Assembly (NCBI RefSeq): GCF_008831285.2 | Contig: NC_045138.2 | Span: 6,076,001-6,140,000 of the forward strand | From: Nymphaea colorata | Taxonomy: Eukaryota | Direction: 5' to 3' | DNA: 64,000 nucleotides | Part shown: piece by piece, positions 37,767 through 51,297 of the stretch | Numbering within the stretch: the stretch's first letter is position 1 | How the letters are laid out: the number at the start of each line of letters is the position of its first letter | Notes under the pieces: model-generated | Seen by the model: only the letters and a program-made list of their open reading frames with translations | The model's database searches: none | What the model was told of the DNA's origin: nothing | Position numbers and translations under genes: made by a program

Positions 37767-40130
37767 GCCAAACCTCTTTCTTCATTCAGCACTAGTTCTC
37801 TCTACCCTTCCATTTTTTACACAAAGTCATCTTCTAATATTAAGAAAATTATCTGTCTTGAGATTCAATTAATAATAATAATAATTATTATTATTATTAC
37901 TATTATTATTATTGTCCAAAACCATACACATCTTTTTGTTTTATCTAAAGCCATTCTAAAGAGCAGTTCAAAATTGGGATTCATATAACGTATAGTTTCC
38001 TCTCGCTCTTTTGACCTTAGATAACTTTAATTCATGTTTGCCACAGTCAAATCAGTGGTATAATTTAACCAGAAAAAGGATAAGAATGGCCTCAAGAACT
38101 TTAGTGGAAATTTTGAAGAACCTGAAAGCCCTTTTTTTCCTAAATAAACCTTCAAAAAGGACTGGAAAGACTAATAAGAACCCCAGAAAATTTATAAACT
38201 TTTAGCAAAAGAAAAACCTTAAAAGAACCATATGAAACTGTAAATGAGCCACCTATGGGAGACAACCAATTGGGGCAGAACTATGTGAAGATAATACACC
38301 AATGTCCTGCCCGTAGCATTTAAATTAACCAACATGCTAGCTGACTCCATCAATGTCATATCGGGAGAAGCATACTCATAAAAGTGATCAACCATAGTAG
38401 CATTAAGAACTTTGTTTTTCACTTCTATCTCAATATTAACTGAGGAAGATTTGATCTTCCCCTATAGAATACAAGTAGATACTTTCTCTTGGAAAGGGGG
38501 TGTGCCCTCTTTGTGGCATTCTTGATCAACGTATCACTGGTGTCAGTATCTGGTAGCATATGTTTATCTGAGAACCTTTCACAAGAAAAATCTCAGAACA
38601 ATGCAGTGATTTTACCAACTATTCGAAAGTGTAAGTACTTCTACCGATAGTAAGAGAACAAATAAATAGTCTAGCCAATTCATATGTTAATTACTTTGTT
38701 TTCTTGTTTTGTAACGCAAGCTCTACAAATATATGCTATTGCTTGCTTGCTTCTGATCAACTCCTGCTATAACGGGTACATATGCAGGCCAACATCTTAT
38801 GTAGGTTTAGCAAATTCTATAGGCTTTACTAATAATCTCTATTATATTTAGAAGATTAGTACTTTCAGCCGTTATTTCTTCATTAATTCATTGTTTATAC
38901 TTGCTATATATGGTTTCAAGAATTATCTGTTTCAACTGTGTCAGCTATAATTTAAGATGGCAAATGTGACATGAAAATCTCATACCTTGGTATTGTTAAT
39001 CCAGTTCTATTGATTAGCAAAACAGTAATTAATTATAAAATTAAAGTGCCATTACAGAAGCTATTTACATAAAAAATTAACAAAAAATATCAATCCTAAC
39101 GTGAAGTTTGTTTTGGTTAATTTTCTGACGAACACACAATGAGTTTCTTTTTTAAGCTGGAAGCAAAAGCTAAATGCATTCAAGAAGATGTTAGAAACAT
39201 TAGAGTATACTAAAACATTACCTGAAATTCATGTAGTATTTGGCTGCATCCGTATGTGTAAAGCACCAGCCCTACAAATTTGCTGGTTTATCATAACATT
39301 ACATCCTCCATCATTAAAAATTTTTACATTCATCTTTACTGTGTTAAATCTTAGAGTTGAATGTGTTGTAAAATTAATCTTATGAACAATCCAACTGCAG
39401 ATGATCAGTCTTTTGAGCTTCCATTTGCGCTCATACCACTTCTCAAGTTTAGCAGCAGCATGATAAAAGGTGGGTCTCAAAGGCCGAGACAAGGGGGGCA
39501 GGCGGAGGCCATGGCTCTCCCAAAGATTTTGAAAACAAAAAAACCTGTTATATTTGAATTTTTTTTTAAGTTAGCCTTTATAAAAGTTTTAAAAATTATC
39601 ATTCGGCATATAAAACATTTGAAAATATACTCCTCCCCCTCCTCCAAGAAAAAATTTCTGGCCCTGCCCCTGGTGGGTCCCCATAAAAAATCCTTTTTTG
39701 TAAGTACGCTGGCATTTTTGTCTCTCTAATTCTCTGTGCTTTTATTCAAACTTATGTTAAAAACTATCCATATAGCTTTTATGTAACACGAACACTATTA
39801 ACAACAACGGAGGAAGAAGAGAAAACAAAATTTTGGGTTTGTTAAAATCAAATCTTTGACATGTGGAAATGGAAGTTGAGAATCAAATATTTATATTCAA
39901 GAGTAGCCAGTGAATTTGGTAATTTCTCTAATTGCTTTTTGTGTTGAGATTGTCATTGTCAAATGGATATTTAGTATCCTTTTAATTGAAATCAACATAT
40001 ATTACCTCAGCACATGCTTTATTCATTCTTTTATTCACAATAACTAGCCCATGGTTGGGACTACTTCAATGGCATCATAGTGTTCCCTCTCATGGGAGTG
40101 CACGTTGCAGCTGTGGTGTACATTTTTTAA
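37767..40130 (+). pseudogene. NRAMP5: NRAMP5-like pseudogene (remnants of exons 8, 9, 10, 12, 13)
   Basis: Exon 8 remnant CTCTTTCTTCATTCAGCACTAGTTCT at ~37774. Exon 9 remnant 38468-~38630 is frameshifted. Exon 10 remnant ~38717-38804 (ATAACGGGTACATATGCAGGCCAA; last CAG->TAG). Exon 11 is absent. Exon 12 at 39401-39699 is frameshifted and split by a MITE. Exon 13 starts at 39949 with an in-frame TAG at 40045. Neighbouring intron sequence (e.g. 36300-36470, 36960-37150, 38060-38460) aligns by eye to introns 7 and 8 of the 47299 gene. Confidence 0.9.
39478..39672. mobile_element. hAT-type MITE inserted in exon 12 of the NRAMP pseudogene
   Basis: Interrupts the K-M/V-G-P codons; TSD GTGGGTCT/GTGGGTCC (39470-39477, 39673-39680); 3' terminus GGCCCTGCCCCTG. 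Confidence 0.85.
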
Positions 40131-40559
40131 TATTTGCTTAGGGAAACATCAGCTTCCAAGTAAAACCACCAAGGTCATACCTTTATGCCTCCAAGCTTTT
40201 CGTTTGATTTGGGGCTTGGGTGGGCCTATGGTACATTCTTAAACTCGAGAATTGTGCTTACCACCATTTACAGCCAAAGGAATAACACACCTGAGTGTGA
40301 TACTGATCATGGGGTTCAAATCCTCAAACTTTTTGAGTGTACCCACTTTGCCCCTCAATTGCACTATGTCTCTTGAGGCTTCGCTGTGGTGTACTTGACT
40401 ATAAGAAAGGGCATTGATTGATTCAATAGATGAAGTTGTGGGCATCCCTAATTCTCAACTTGGGCAAGCTTGGAGCACTATGAGCCCAGAATTAACAGAA
40501 GTATTTGTAGGACTGGATTATATATATATATATATATACAGAAGTATTTGTAGGACTGG

Positions 40560-40599
<40 letters not shown>

Positions 40600-40988
40600 A
40601 AATAGTTCATATGAATTAGGGTCTTCACCTATCCTAGCAAAACTTTCTAAAAAATTGTATACATACATGCAAAAATAATATAATCAAGCACAAGATTGTT
40701 CATGATAGCAGGTATTCGCCCAATTGGGTTTCATCCAATTCATTAATAGACTCATCACTATCTTGCAGATCTTGATCATCAAATCTCATATATCTTCAAG
40801 TTAATTGGGAATCAATCAGAGTTTATTCTTAACATTGCAAAGAATTAATATCACTTTTCTTTTTCCGCCGTAGATCAAACTTAACTAAAGAAAATGCTGG
40901 AGAGAGGGATTTTGTACTTAAAAAGATACCAACAAACTATAAGATGGACTAACAAAGGACTCTTCAAGCTATACATTGGCAATAATAC

Positions 40989-41023
<35 letters not shown>

Positions 41024-41657
41024 TTGTTCTTAAAAAATATGCCAACAAAGTATAAGATAAACCAACAAAGGACTTTTCAATCTATACATTGACAATATGT
41101 AACCCATCCAAGAAAATCTTAAGTACTCAACACAAGCTAACTCCATTGGCTAAAGGGAAGGATCTCAAAGATCTCAATTTGGTTGAACAAGCAAACTAGC
41201 AGTCTAGGCATGCCCATCCCTCCAAGTGGTAAAACCTATGTTGGTTTTAATGTAAATAAGACATGATTTTAGATGGACATTTTGCAACATAAATTTAAGA
41301 GGAAAAGGTTGATGGTTTATCAAGCCTCTAGAAATTTTAGAGAGTTTGTTATTAAATTTAAATAAAATCTTAATTATCACTTCCTAAAGAACTATGTACT
41401 AGTCGCACATACTTGAATCTGATTTCTATGACCATGGCCATGAAGAAGGTTTTTATATAAGCATCTTTTATAAACATGTGAAATCTTTAACCAGAAATGA
41501 AAAGAGTGAAAATGTGAAAACAAAATCATACATCAACAATGATTGAGCATTATGAGAAATAAAAAGAGAAAAATTCACAGAAAATGACACCAGGATTGAG
41601 CATTATGACAAATAATAAGAGAAAAATTCACAGAAAGAAAATGACACCAGTGAATAA

Positions 41658-41965
41658 CTGTGTTTGCATCCCAAAATTTCATTGGTTTTAGAGTGCTCCA
41701 AAAAAATGAGGTTTTGTTTTGAAATAAAAAAGAAAGGGACTTGCCCGTCAGTACGAGAATACCTGTGTTTGCATCCCAAAATTTCATTGGTTTAGGAGTG
41801 CTTCAGAAAAATGAGGTTTTGTTTTGAAATAGGAAAAAAATGGACTCACTCGTCGGTACGAGAATACATGTGTTTGCATCCAAAATTTCATTGGTTTTGG
41901 AATACTTCAGAAAAATAAGGTTTTCTTTTGAAATAGGAAAGAAAGGGACTCACCCATCGGTATGA
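41658..41965 (+). repeat. Tandem repeat, 3 x ~105 bp
   Basis: Unit TGTGTTTGCATCCCAAAATTTCATTGGTTT...GTACGAGAATAC starts at ~41658, 41763 and 41868. Confidence 0.85.
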
Positions 41966-44736
41966 CGATCAACCGTTCTCAGTGTCTTTACTGGGGTAAT
42001 CAACCTAAGGGCTATGTTTATCATTGATGCATTTTATTTTAACTTAAACATCTTTTGATTCTACATGCGGTGTATAAAAATATTGAATCAAACTTTTGAA
42101 AAGACTCTTGAGAGTTGCTTGAGAATGTGAAATATTTTGGGGAAAATTAAAATTGAAAAATGTCATTTGAAAAGCTTCAGAAATCATTTTGAAGTCATTT
42201 TAGTGATCTCTTGAGACTTTAAGTAGGTTTGAGATTTTGCTGCCTAGTTAGAGTTTCACTCATCTTGCTTAAGTTCTTTGTGATCATAAGTGATATTCAG
42301 TGAAGGTAAAAATATTGATGCATTCATCTTATATAATTGTAAGAATGTAAAACATTCCTACCACAACATTCATCTAAAGTCATTCCTACCACAACATACA
42401 TCTAAGATTTTTGTTTTTATAATTATTATATATAAGAAAGAAATGTTTTTTTGAAAGAGGATTGAGATTGTAGACCATCAAGAATGATTCTAATATTGGG
42501 TCATTACTTTGTTTGTGGTCTTAATGAAGTTGGTAAATAAAAAAAATCATGAGAGGAGAATGTTAAAAAGAATACAAGAGATAAAACATTCTTATGAAAA
42601 GAAAAAAAAGAAATAGAAAAAGACATGTATATATGTGTACATACCATCACATATACACATATATGAATGCTTAAAGAAAAGATATATTGATTTGAAGAGA
42701 AAGAGAGGTTTTAGAGAAAGAAAACAAATTTATATACGTATATATGGGCATCTATAGAAAATTTTGTAAAGGAAGATATTTGTCTTGAAAAGAGGAATAA
42801 AATATTAGAAAGAGAGAAAATAGAGCACATGTACATACGCATTCATGCACATATGAAAATTTGTAAAATGAAAAATGAAAGCATAGAGAGGGAAAGATGG
42901 AGGGGATCATCATATGCGCATGAATGTATATAACATGTCTATACATACGTGTCTTCACAATATTAGAAATCAATGAATAACTTAAATTGCCAACATCAAG
43001 TTTAATGTGGGTCGGAGGGGAACTTGGACTCATGCAAGAGTCTAAGCTACGTCTCTAAGGCCGTATTAGAAGGTTTCTTTTGAAAATGTTTTGGAAAATA
43101 TGATTTATATATAAACATAGAATGTTATTACTTAGTTTGCTACAAAGGATATATTTCTTCCACCGTTAGGTATGGAAAAAAAAACAAGCAAAATAACAAG
43201 GCACTCGTTAGGGTTTCTAATTAGGTAATTAGGAATGAAACTAGCATAAAATGTCATGCAAATGCATATTAACATGTACATTTTCGTGAGGGTTTTCCCC
43301 GAGTTGGACAAATCCCAACATCAAAAATTAATATGAAGACAAAAATAAAAAACCTCAAACCACACTCTCATTCCCACTATACATTCACATATAAATGGAA
43401 AACCAAACAACTATGTATAGATAATATATAGACAATATTCAAGGAAGGAAAGATAAAGAGAGAGAGAGAGAAAGAGAGATGGAAAGAGAAAGGTTCAACT
43501 ACGAGGAGGGCATGATGTAACTATGAAATGATATATCATATCATTTTTCCATGCTCTCGATGCAATTGAGCATTGCCTCTTGATTTTAAAATAGAGATTC
43601 AGAGCTATCTCGTTTGAGCTTGGGGAAATGAGGATGATAAGAAAAAAAAAAAAAAGAAAGAGGTGAGATATTGATTACATACCTCTAGTGAGAATGATTT
43701 AGGGAGGATGAACACCTTATGTCCTAGACTTCTTTTAGTTGAAGCTCCAAAATGGTGAAGTCATGTCCTCTGAGAGAGTTGTGACTTGATGAAGCTTGCT
43801 CCCAAGTGTTGGAGAAGGAGAGAGGGAGTGAGAATGGAAGAGAGAGAGGGAAATGGAAAGAGAGTTCTAAAATTTTTATGTCCTCAAGTGAAGATTTGCT
43901 AAAACTTCTCTAAGGGCTAGCTCTTACACAAGAGGGGGAAAATGAGAGGTATTTATAGAGGATTTTGGAGCCAAAACCCAAAATTCAAATTGTTTGAAAT
44001 TTTATAACATTTTCATCCGAATTTCAACTAATTTTGACTTATTTTCAATTTTTTGTAAAAGAAATAAGCTTCAAATTAATGGGATTGGTCATTAGGCCTG
44101 TAAAGAAAAAACACATTTTCTGATGTGGGTCGGGTTGTTGCCTTCTCAAAAAGACCAAAACCACCGTTTAGAGGACGTTTTTGTGTAAAAAGGAAGGGGG
44201 AAAGGGCATGCAACAGCGCTGGGCGTTGTCGCGCCCAATCGCGGCACGCGTGGTCGAGCACGATGCCGCGCGACCATGGCACGTGCGGTCGCTCGCGCCA
44301 TTGCCCGACCGCGACACGCACGGTCGAGCTGGACGCCACGTGACTGCGACTGCGACACGCGCGGTCGCGCGCTTTGCCGTGGCAAGCGACGCGTGACCAC
44401 GTGATTGCGACATCCATTCGTGCGTCCCACGTGTGAGCTTAAATTTTTTTCTTTTTAAATTAAATGTTGTTATATATAATATGTTTTTGATTTAAAAATA
44501 AAATTTTGCTAAAAAAATGGGCGCTCAACTCCATTTTGAGTTATTTTGAATTTTGTTTTAAATTAGATTTTAGATTTTAATTTTGAAACATTTTATTTGG
44601 ATTTAATTAGAGGTTTTAGAGATTTTGGGCTTGAAAAAATTTGGGGTGATTGCCTGCTAGTTGTCTCATTCAAGTTCTTTGTTCTACCCGAGTCAACTTC
44701 TGACAGTTTGACTTCAGTTGTTGGGTATATGCTTAA
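41659..44736. mobile_element. ~3.1-kb LTR-like insertion (likely old solo LTR)
   Basis: Absent from the paralogous block (~58645 GAATAAC|AATTAAAAATAC). Here GAATAAC is followed by TG at 41659, and CTAAC-AATTAAAAATAC resumes at 44737 (TSD ATAAC/CTAAC). Contains a reverse TATA-like TATTTATAG (~43950) and a CpG-rich patch (44210-44440). Confidence 0.65.
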
Positions 44737-46471
44737 CTAACAATTAAAAATACAACACGTGTCTGGTGGAGCCGAAAATTTCTTGCTAAAGGACATTATT
44801 AATAAATTTTCAATTTTTATGGACCATTATTTCATAATGTAAATGAGAAATTTGGTTATGAGATGTCAATATAAAAAATAAGTGATTTCTGTGGGCTGCT
44901 TCTACCCCTGACACATACATATGATATCATCTTGTTGCAGTATGGTTTGCTAAAGTTAGGGGAATCAATTTGAGTTGAATCGAGGACTCCTTTTTTATTC
45001 TATATAGACTCTTGAATATAAAATTTGATATATTCGAGAAGATAGCGTCCAAAGCTGTGTTTGTGTCAAGGTTTAACTTTTTATTGCAATTCAACTTTTG
45101 CATCCCTTTCGTTGCATTTTATATAAGGGAAGAATCTAACGCCACTCAAATAAAGACTGGCAGCCTGTCAGCCATTGACGTGAGCCAGTTGCACTACACT
45201 CCTTAAGCATGTGATTTACTTGAGTTCTTTATTAAAAATGGTATGTGCAAACACATTATCGAAAAGAAACTTAAGATGATCTGTTCTTGGAGTACATGAA
45301 GCACATTCTTCCCTCCTCTCTTTTCAACTTTGGCTTATCTTTTAAAATTTTTGGCCCAAGGACACTTGGATCACTTTTGTTGACGAAAATATTGTTAAGA
45401 TGATCAAGAAAATGAACTATAAAAATGCTCTATAGTTGATGCTCAGCATCAATATGATATCATCTTCATTAAGCAAGTGTTATCCTTTCCTATTGCATCA
45501 TTCATGGAGTAATTAAGGTGGTAAGATAAACTTATTAATTACAGGAGCCCCAAGTAAGCATGAATAGGCTTCTCTTGTATTATATTGCTAGCATTTTTTT
45601 TTCTGCACTTTGAGGCGTCAGTGTTTTAAACTAAATTCGTTCTGGATCGGGAATTGTACTGGATCGGTGAATCCGCCGACTCATTAATTCAACCAGATCA
45701 TTTGTGAATCGGCCAAAATATTAGAAAATTCATTTTCTAAAAGGAACAAAGTAATGTGTAAAAACTAAGTAAATAATGAAAAATCTTAAGATAATAATTT
45801 GAAAATGTTGTTGAAAGTGGACAGGTGGCACATTTGATTTGGTCAAAAATTAGACTTGAATCAGCCTTATCCCATTTTCTACAATGAGAGGGCTGGTATG
45901 GGCTATGACCACCTCTCAAGTGGCCCCCCTGTTTGCAACATAGAGAGTTAATGCTGCCTCTGCCATGTTTCAACTTACATATCAAGTGGCCCTACATAAA
46001 GAGTTAATGCCTTAAGGATTCAAAATGGGAACTAACAAAAAAATATTACCATATAAAGAATAAGTTAACTAAAATAATGAAAAAAAAACATTAAAATCAT
46101 TTGAAGTAATGCAAATAAAACAGTATATAACACATCGCTTCCTTTACTCAGGGCATGAAACAAATAGATTTGCCGCTTGTTGTATTTCATTTTACGAATC
46201 TTTACCATAAGGGACGTGCAAAGGAATGAATTGAGGCATTTTTCTTTTCATTTCATGGCATTTTTCACTTTGTCAAGGGTAATTTCATCTTCCATGATTT
46301 TTTTTTGTTTCCCATTTTTTCCTTACAGGGAGGCTCTTTTATAGGCCGGTTCACTTTTTATAAACACTATGATCGAATGGATAAACACAAAACTTAAAAT
46401 GGAAATTACATCTGTGCCCTTCAAAAATTTATACAAGTTGAGGTTTTATTTCAGTAAAACTTTAGGAGCAC

Positions 46472-46519
<48 letters not shown>

Positions 46520-47226
46520 CTCATTCCAACAACACACTATTGGTCAAGAACAATTTAGCATACAGGCCATAGGTAAGAGTTGTATAGGATCAGCACCTGA
46601 ATTTCATTCTTCTCTTGTTTTTCTCTTTGGGGAACAGAAAAGTTCCTCATGATAATAAAGAAAAAGCCTTTTGCGTTTTGGCCCTTTGTTAGTAGAGGTG
46701 TACAAAAGAGACCAGTCCAGCCAATGCTTGACTCGAACTTATCCGTGTAAGCAAAATGAGTCAATTTCGAACTTTAGTTAAACTCCAGTTATAGACGGGT
46801 TGAGTTTGGGCTACACGAGCTTCCCACATTTAAAATCAACTCGGTTCGTGTCTTTCCGATTTGTTAATCTTTAGGGGTGTTGGTATTTTTTGATGAATTT
46901 TGGTACCCTTTTTATGGTTTTCTTTTTCATTTAAAGAAAAAAAAAAATTGTATGAATGAAGGGATACGAGCTTAAGCTAGACGAACTCGACAAGTTCCAC
47001 TAGATAAACCGAATCCGAGTTCGAAATGGATTTTCTCTTTGTACATTCCTGTCTTTGAGCCATATCCATTTCCCGTCATTCCTGTGTCTGCTCTGTGCTT
47101 AGTCACCTGGATGACAAAACCAGGGAATTGCCCATGAATTAACTTATGCCATAATCAGGGAGTGACATAGTTGAGACTTGAGAGAGGTGTTTTCCAGGTA
47201 CAATATTTGTCTTCTTCCTTCAACCC

Positions 47227-47233
47227 TATAAAT
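47227..47233 (+). promoter_or_regulatory. Putative TATA box
   Basis: CTATAAAT ~70 bp upstream of ATG 47299; conserved in the paralogous promoter at 63241-63248. Confidence 0.6.
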
Positions 47234-47298
47234 TATTGTAGCTAAATGGTATGTGCAGCAAAAGGTTAGCGGCAGAACAGGAGAAAAAATTCCCTTGG

Positions 47299-50200
47299 AT
47301 GGCTGCTGACCAAGAGGGTAAGGAAGTGGTGGGGAGAGATCCTTCATGGAGAGGAAGCAATCGCATAGCTTCTTTGAATGATGTTGAAAACCAACCTGCT
47401 TTTTGCGCTTCATATCGTGATGATGAACATCAAGTCATGCATGAAACAGAGGTACCTTCATGACATCATCATCGTCATCGCCTTCATTTATGAGCACTCA
47501 ATTAGTAGAGAATGGCAGCAGGGATAATCCACTTTAGTGATCATCTTTTCATTCTTATTGTAGTGATGGGAGTGTGCCCATTCAATACTGCATGCATTCC
47601 TTATTGTGAACAAGCATCTAACTATGATATATCCTGAGTTTACTGATTACAAGTCAACTTCTTCATGAATATAAGCAGAAGCCAGGATGGAAGAAATTCA
47701 TGGCATACATAGGACCAGGCTTTCTTGTTTCCATGGCATACATTGACCCTGGCAACAGTACCTTCTCTCCCTCTTTCACTCTGTCTGATATATATACATT
47801 AATAGACGGACATGCGGTTGATCCTTATACTTTTTCCTTTCATATGAAAATGAACAGTGGAAACCGATTTACAGGCAGGATCTAACCATAAATACGGGGT
47901 ATGTTCAACCATGCTTCCTTTTTCTTCTCCCTATCTATATTGCTGTCATATTGTGGCTGAGACATTCCCAGCTTTAACTCTTGTGTTGTCTGGTTAATAC
48001 TGAAAAAACCTATTGCAGCTCTTATGGATAGTCCTTATTGGGATGATCTTTGCTTTCATTATTCAGTCACTCTCTGCAAGGTTGGGAGTTACCACAGGTA
48101 CTTTCTTCTCTCATTCCGTCTGAAATAGTGAAGAAGAATTAAAAAGTTAGTTTCCTCGTCTTATTTGTATTTTCTGTAAAGGGAAGCATCTATCCGAGCA
48201 CTGCAAGACTGAATATCCCAAGTTCGTGAATTACTGCTTATGGTTGCTTGCTGAAATTGCTGTTATTGCTGCTGATATACCAGAAGGTACATAACAATTA
48301 AAAGACGAACTAAGTTATAGTCTGTGTGGATATTAATCTGCAGATGTCATATTTATATGCTTGCTTTTATCATTACCAGTTGTTGGAACGGCATTCGCTC
48401 TCAACATATTGTTTCACATACCAGTGTGGACAGGAGTCCTCATCACGGGCTTGAGCACTATGCTTCTTCTCGGCCTGCAAAAATACGGGGTAAAGTGAAT
48501 ATTCTGCCTCATCCTTCTATCTATCAACCTGCTTACAAGAAGTTGGATGAGCTCTTTCTCTCTCTCTCTCTCCTCCGTTCTCTCTCTGTGTTTTGTTTTC
48601 TTGCCTCTTCTGTCGCCATATTTTTTAATGAGGATCATGGTGCTAGCTAGTTGTGATAAATTCCATCATAGTGTATGACGATTGGTATTGGTGGCTTCAT
48701 ATATTTTATGATCTTCAATGGCATTCAAACACCAACCACTTTGTTTTCTCATCAAAAACTGTTTGCCATCAGTTTTTAAATAAAATAATTCCAAACATGA
48801 TCATCATCGCCTCCCTCTCTCTCTCTTTCTCCTTCTCTCCCTCTCTCTCTCTCTCTCTTTCTCTGTGAATTGATCTATTTGGAAACATGTTGTGCAGGTG
48901 AGGAAGCTGGAAGCGCTGATAACGTTTCTGGTGTTCATAATGGCAGCCTGCTACTTTGCGGAGTTGGCATACGTCAAGCCCAAGGCATCGGAAGTTCTTC
49001 AAGGGCTCTTCGTCCCTAAGTTGAAGGGAGAAGGTGCCACAGGCGATGCCATTGCTCTCTTGGGTGCTCTTATCATGCCGTAAGTACCTTTAGCTGCTCC
49101 TTTTTTTATATAGAAGATTCACGGAATGGCCAGCTGTAGGATCCACACACTCCCACAAACACGCATATATACGCATATATAAGAGAACTCTATGCTGCAG
49201 TGATTGGTGCATGGAACATATATACCAAAACCGAAGAAGGGAGAGTTGGGGTGTCTTGGGGATTTTTCAAAAAAGAAAAACTCTTTTTAGACTTTAACTC
49301 TTTCACTATGATGTTTTGTCCTTGCATGGAGATCCCCTTTTACTGGCCAAAGTATTCTCGTCATTACCCGCTTCTACGCATAAATCTGTTGCTAACTGTG
49401 CCACCAATTAAAATGCATCAAAAAACAATATTACTGATAGTAATGTACAACTAGTGGAGCCAACTCGAGCTTAACTCGAACTCACCCATATAAGCTCGAC
49501 TCATTTAATAAAGGAATCGAACTTGAGCTTTAGTTAGAACTTGAATCGAACTTGAGCTTTAGTTAGAACTTGAGTCATAAACGAGTTGAACTTGAGTTAC
49601 ACGAGCTCGACTCGTTTAAAGTCTCCTCGACTCATGTCTTCCCTGTTTGTTAATTCTCATGGGCATACAAGTAATTTTTTATGAGTTTTAATGTCATGTT
49701 GTAGTTATCATTTTTATTTAAAAAAAATGTATACATGAATCAAGTGACATGAACTTAAATGAGTTGAGCTTGAGCTTACCTCAAGTTGCTTCAAGTTTCA
49801 TCTCAAGATCAAGCTCTAGTTGAGCAATATGTGACTGTCGTTGTACATTTGTAATTGTTGCACCATAAACCATTCCTAATAGTCATGCAATGGTGGTTTT
49901 CTATTAATATTTTTTTTTTATTTTTAGTTATCTAGCAACATACAGCCAAAATCACCCAAGAGTTGACATTGAGTATCATTTTCACGTTGAACTTCTATGT
50001 CCATTATTTTACTTCAAGTTGATTACGATGTTTTGTTTTTTCCCTGGCTATTTCTTTTCACAAAAGTCCCTAGCTTATTGGTTATATTTCAAATTGGTTG
50101 ATCATTTTTAGGGTTTTTTTGGATTCATCATTCACTTTTACTAGTCAAGGTCCATCCTTAGGGTTATGGTTGTTAAGGTAGCCAAGTCCAATATAACAAA

Positions 50201-50475
50201 GTGAGGATGATATAAAAGAAAAGGGAGGGATGATTTTATAAGGAAGTGAATTAGAGAAGAAATTATATGACTGTTTCTTATAAAACAGACTACACAGATG
50301 TTTACTTTATATTGGAAATCTTACAATAAAAGGAAAATCATGTTCTTCCGATGCATACATAAGATTTTATGGCAGAGTTTGAACAACTCCTACACTTTTC
50401 AGCTGGAAAAATCCTAAGCACTTATAGAAAAGGGTAATTTTTATATCCATTTATTAGGATTTTGAGGAACAAAAT

Positions 50476-50529
<54 letters not shown>

Positions 50530-51257
50530 GTCATTGTTTTCTTAAAAAACGGCTATAAATACTAAAATGTTAGGTTTTGTAAAACGGCAATACACTGAAG
50601 GAGGGAAAGATAAATTTGGGAAAGTAGAAAAGGAAATGATGAATCTAGAGAATGGCTAATAAAATGAAGACTATTACCCAAAAAATCACTTTTTCTTTTT
50701 CCTTTCTCTTCTAAAGCAAACATAAGTTCCTATAACATTACTCCTTTGCTGGGTGAGCAGCACGAATATTTTCATCTTACTGCCCAACAAAAAGGCACAA
50801 ACTCTCATTCTTTCCCCCATCCCATCAAGGTAAGAAGTATGCTTTGAGTGCCTCAGGATAAAATATTTCTCTATTCGCTTCAGGTTGCGCAGACATAACT
50901 GAAACTCATGAAAAGAACTATGCTTCATAATAAAGAGTTAACCGTGATTATGCACCAAACAGGTAAGACTAACTCCACCATGGCATGCCATCCCTTTTTG
51001 GTTTAAGCGAATACAGAATGGCCTTAAAGCTAGTGACAATATTATTGGGCTCAGTCATTATTAACAAGTGCCCATTATTGAACTCAAAAAATTCAGCCCA
51101 TTCATGACCGAGAGAATTAAATAAATTCAATAGTTATTTGAGTTAATATTAATGTTTCATGAACATCATAGTGTCAACTCATTGACGAACTAATTCACAC
51201 AACTGAATCGATTCAATGAAGAGAAAGATAGACTTAATTCTCCATATTGTCATAGCA

Positions 51258-51297
<40 letters not shown>

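Noticed and set aside
41658..41965. Regular repeats resembling a CRISPR array
   Set aside because: Whole 105-bp units repeat with no unique spacers; eukaryotic context and no cas genes.
44076..44430. Five overlapping ORFs on both strands
   Set aside because: Consequence of a CG-rich patch lacking stop codons within the LTR-like insertion.
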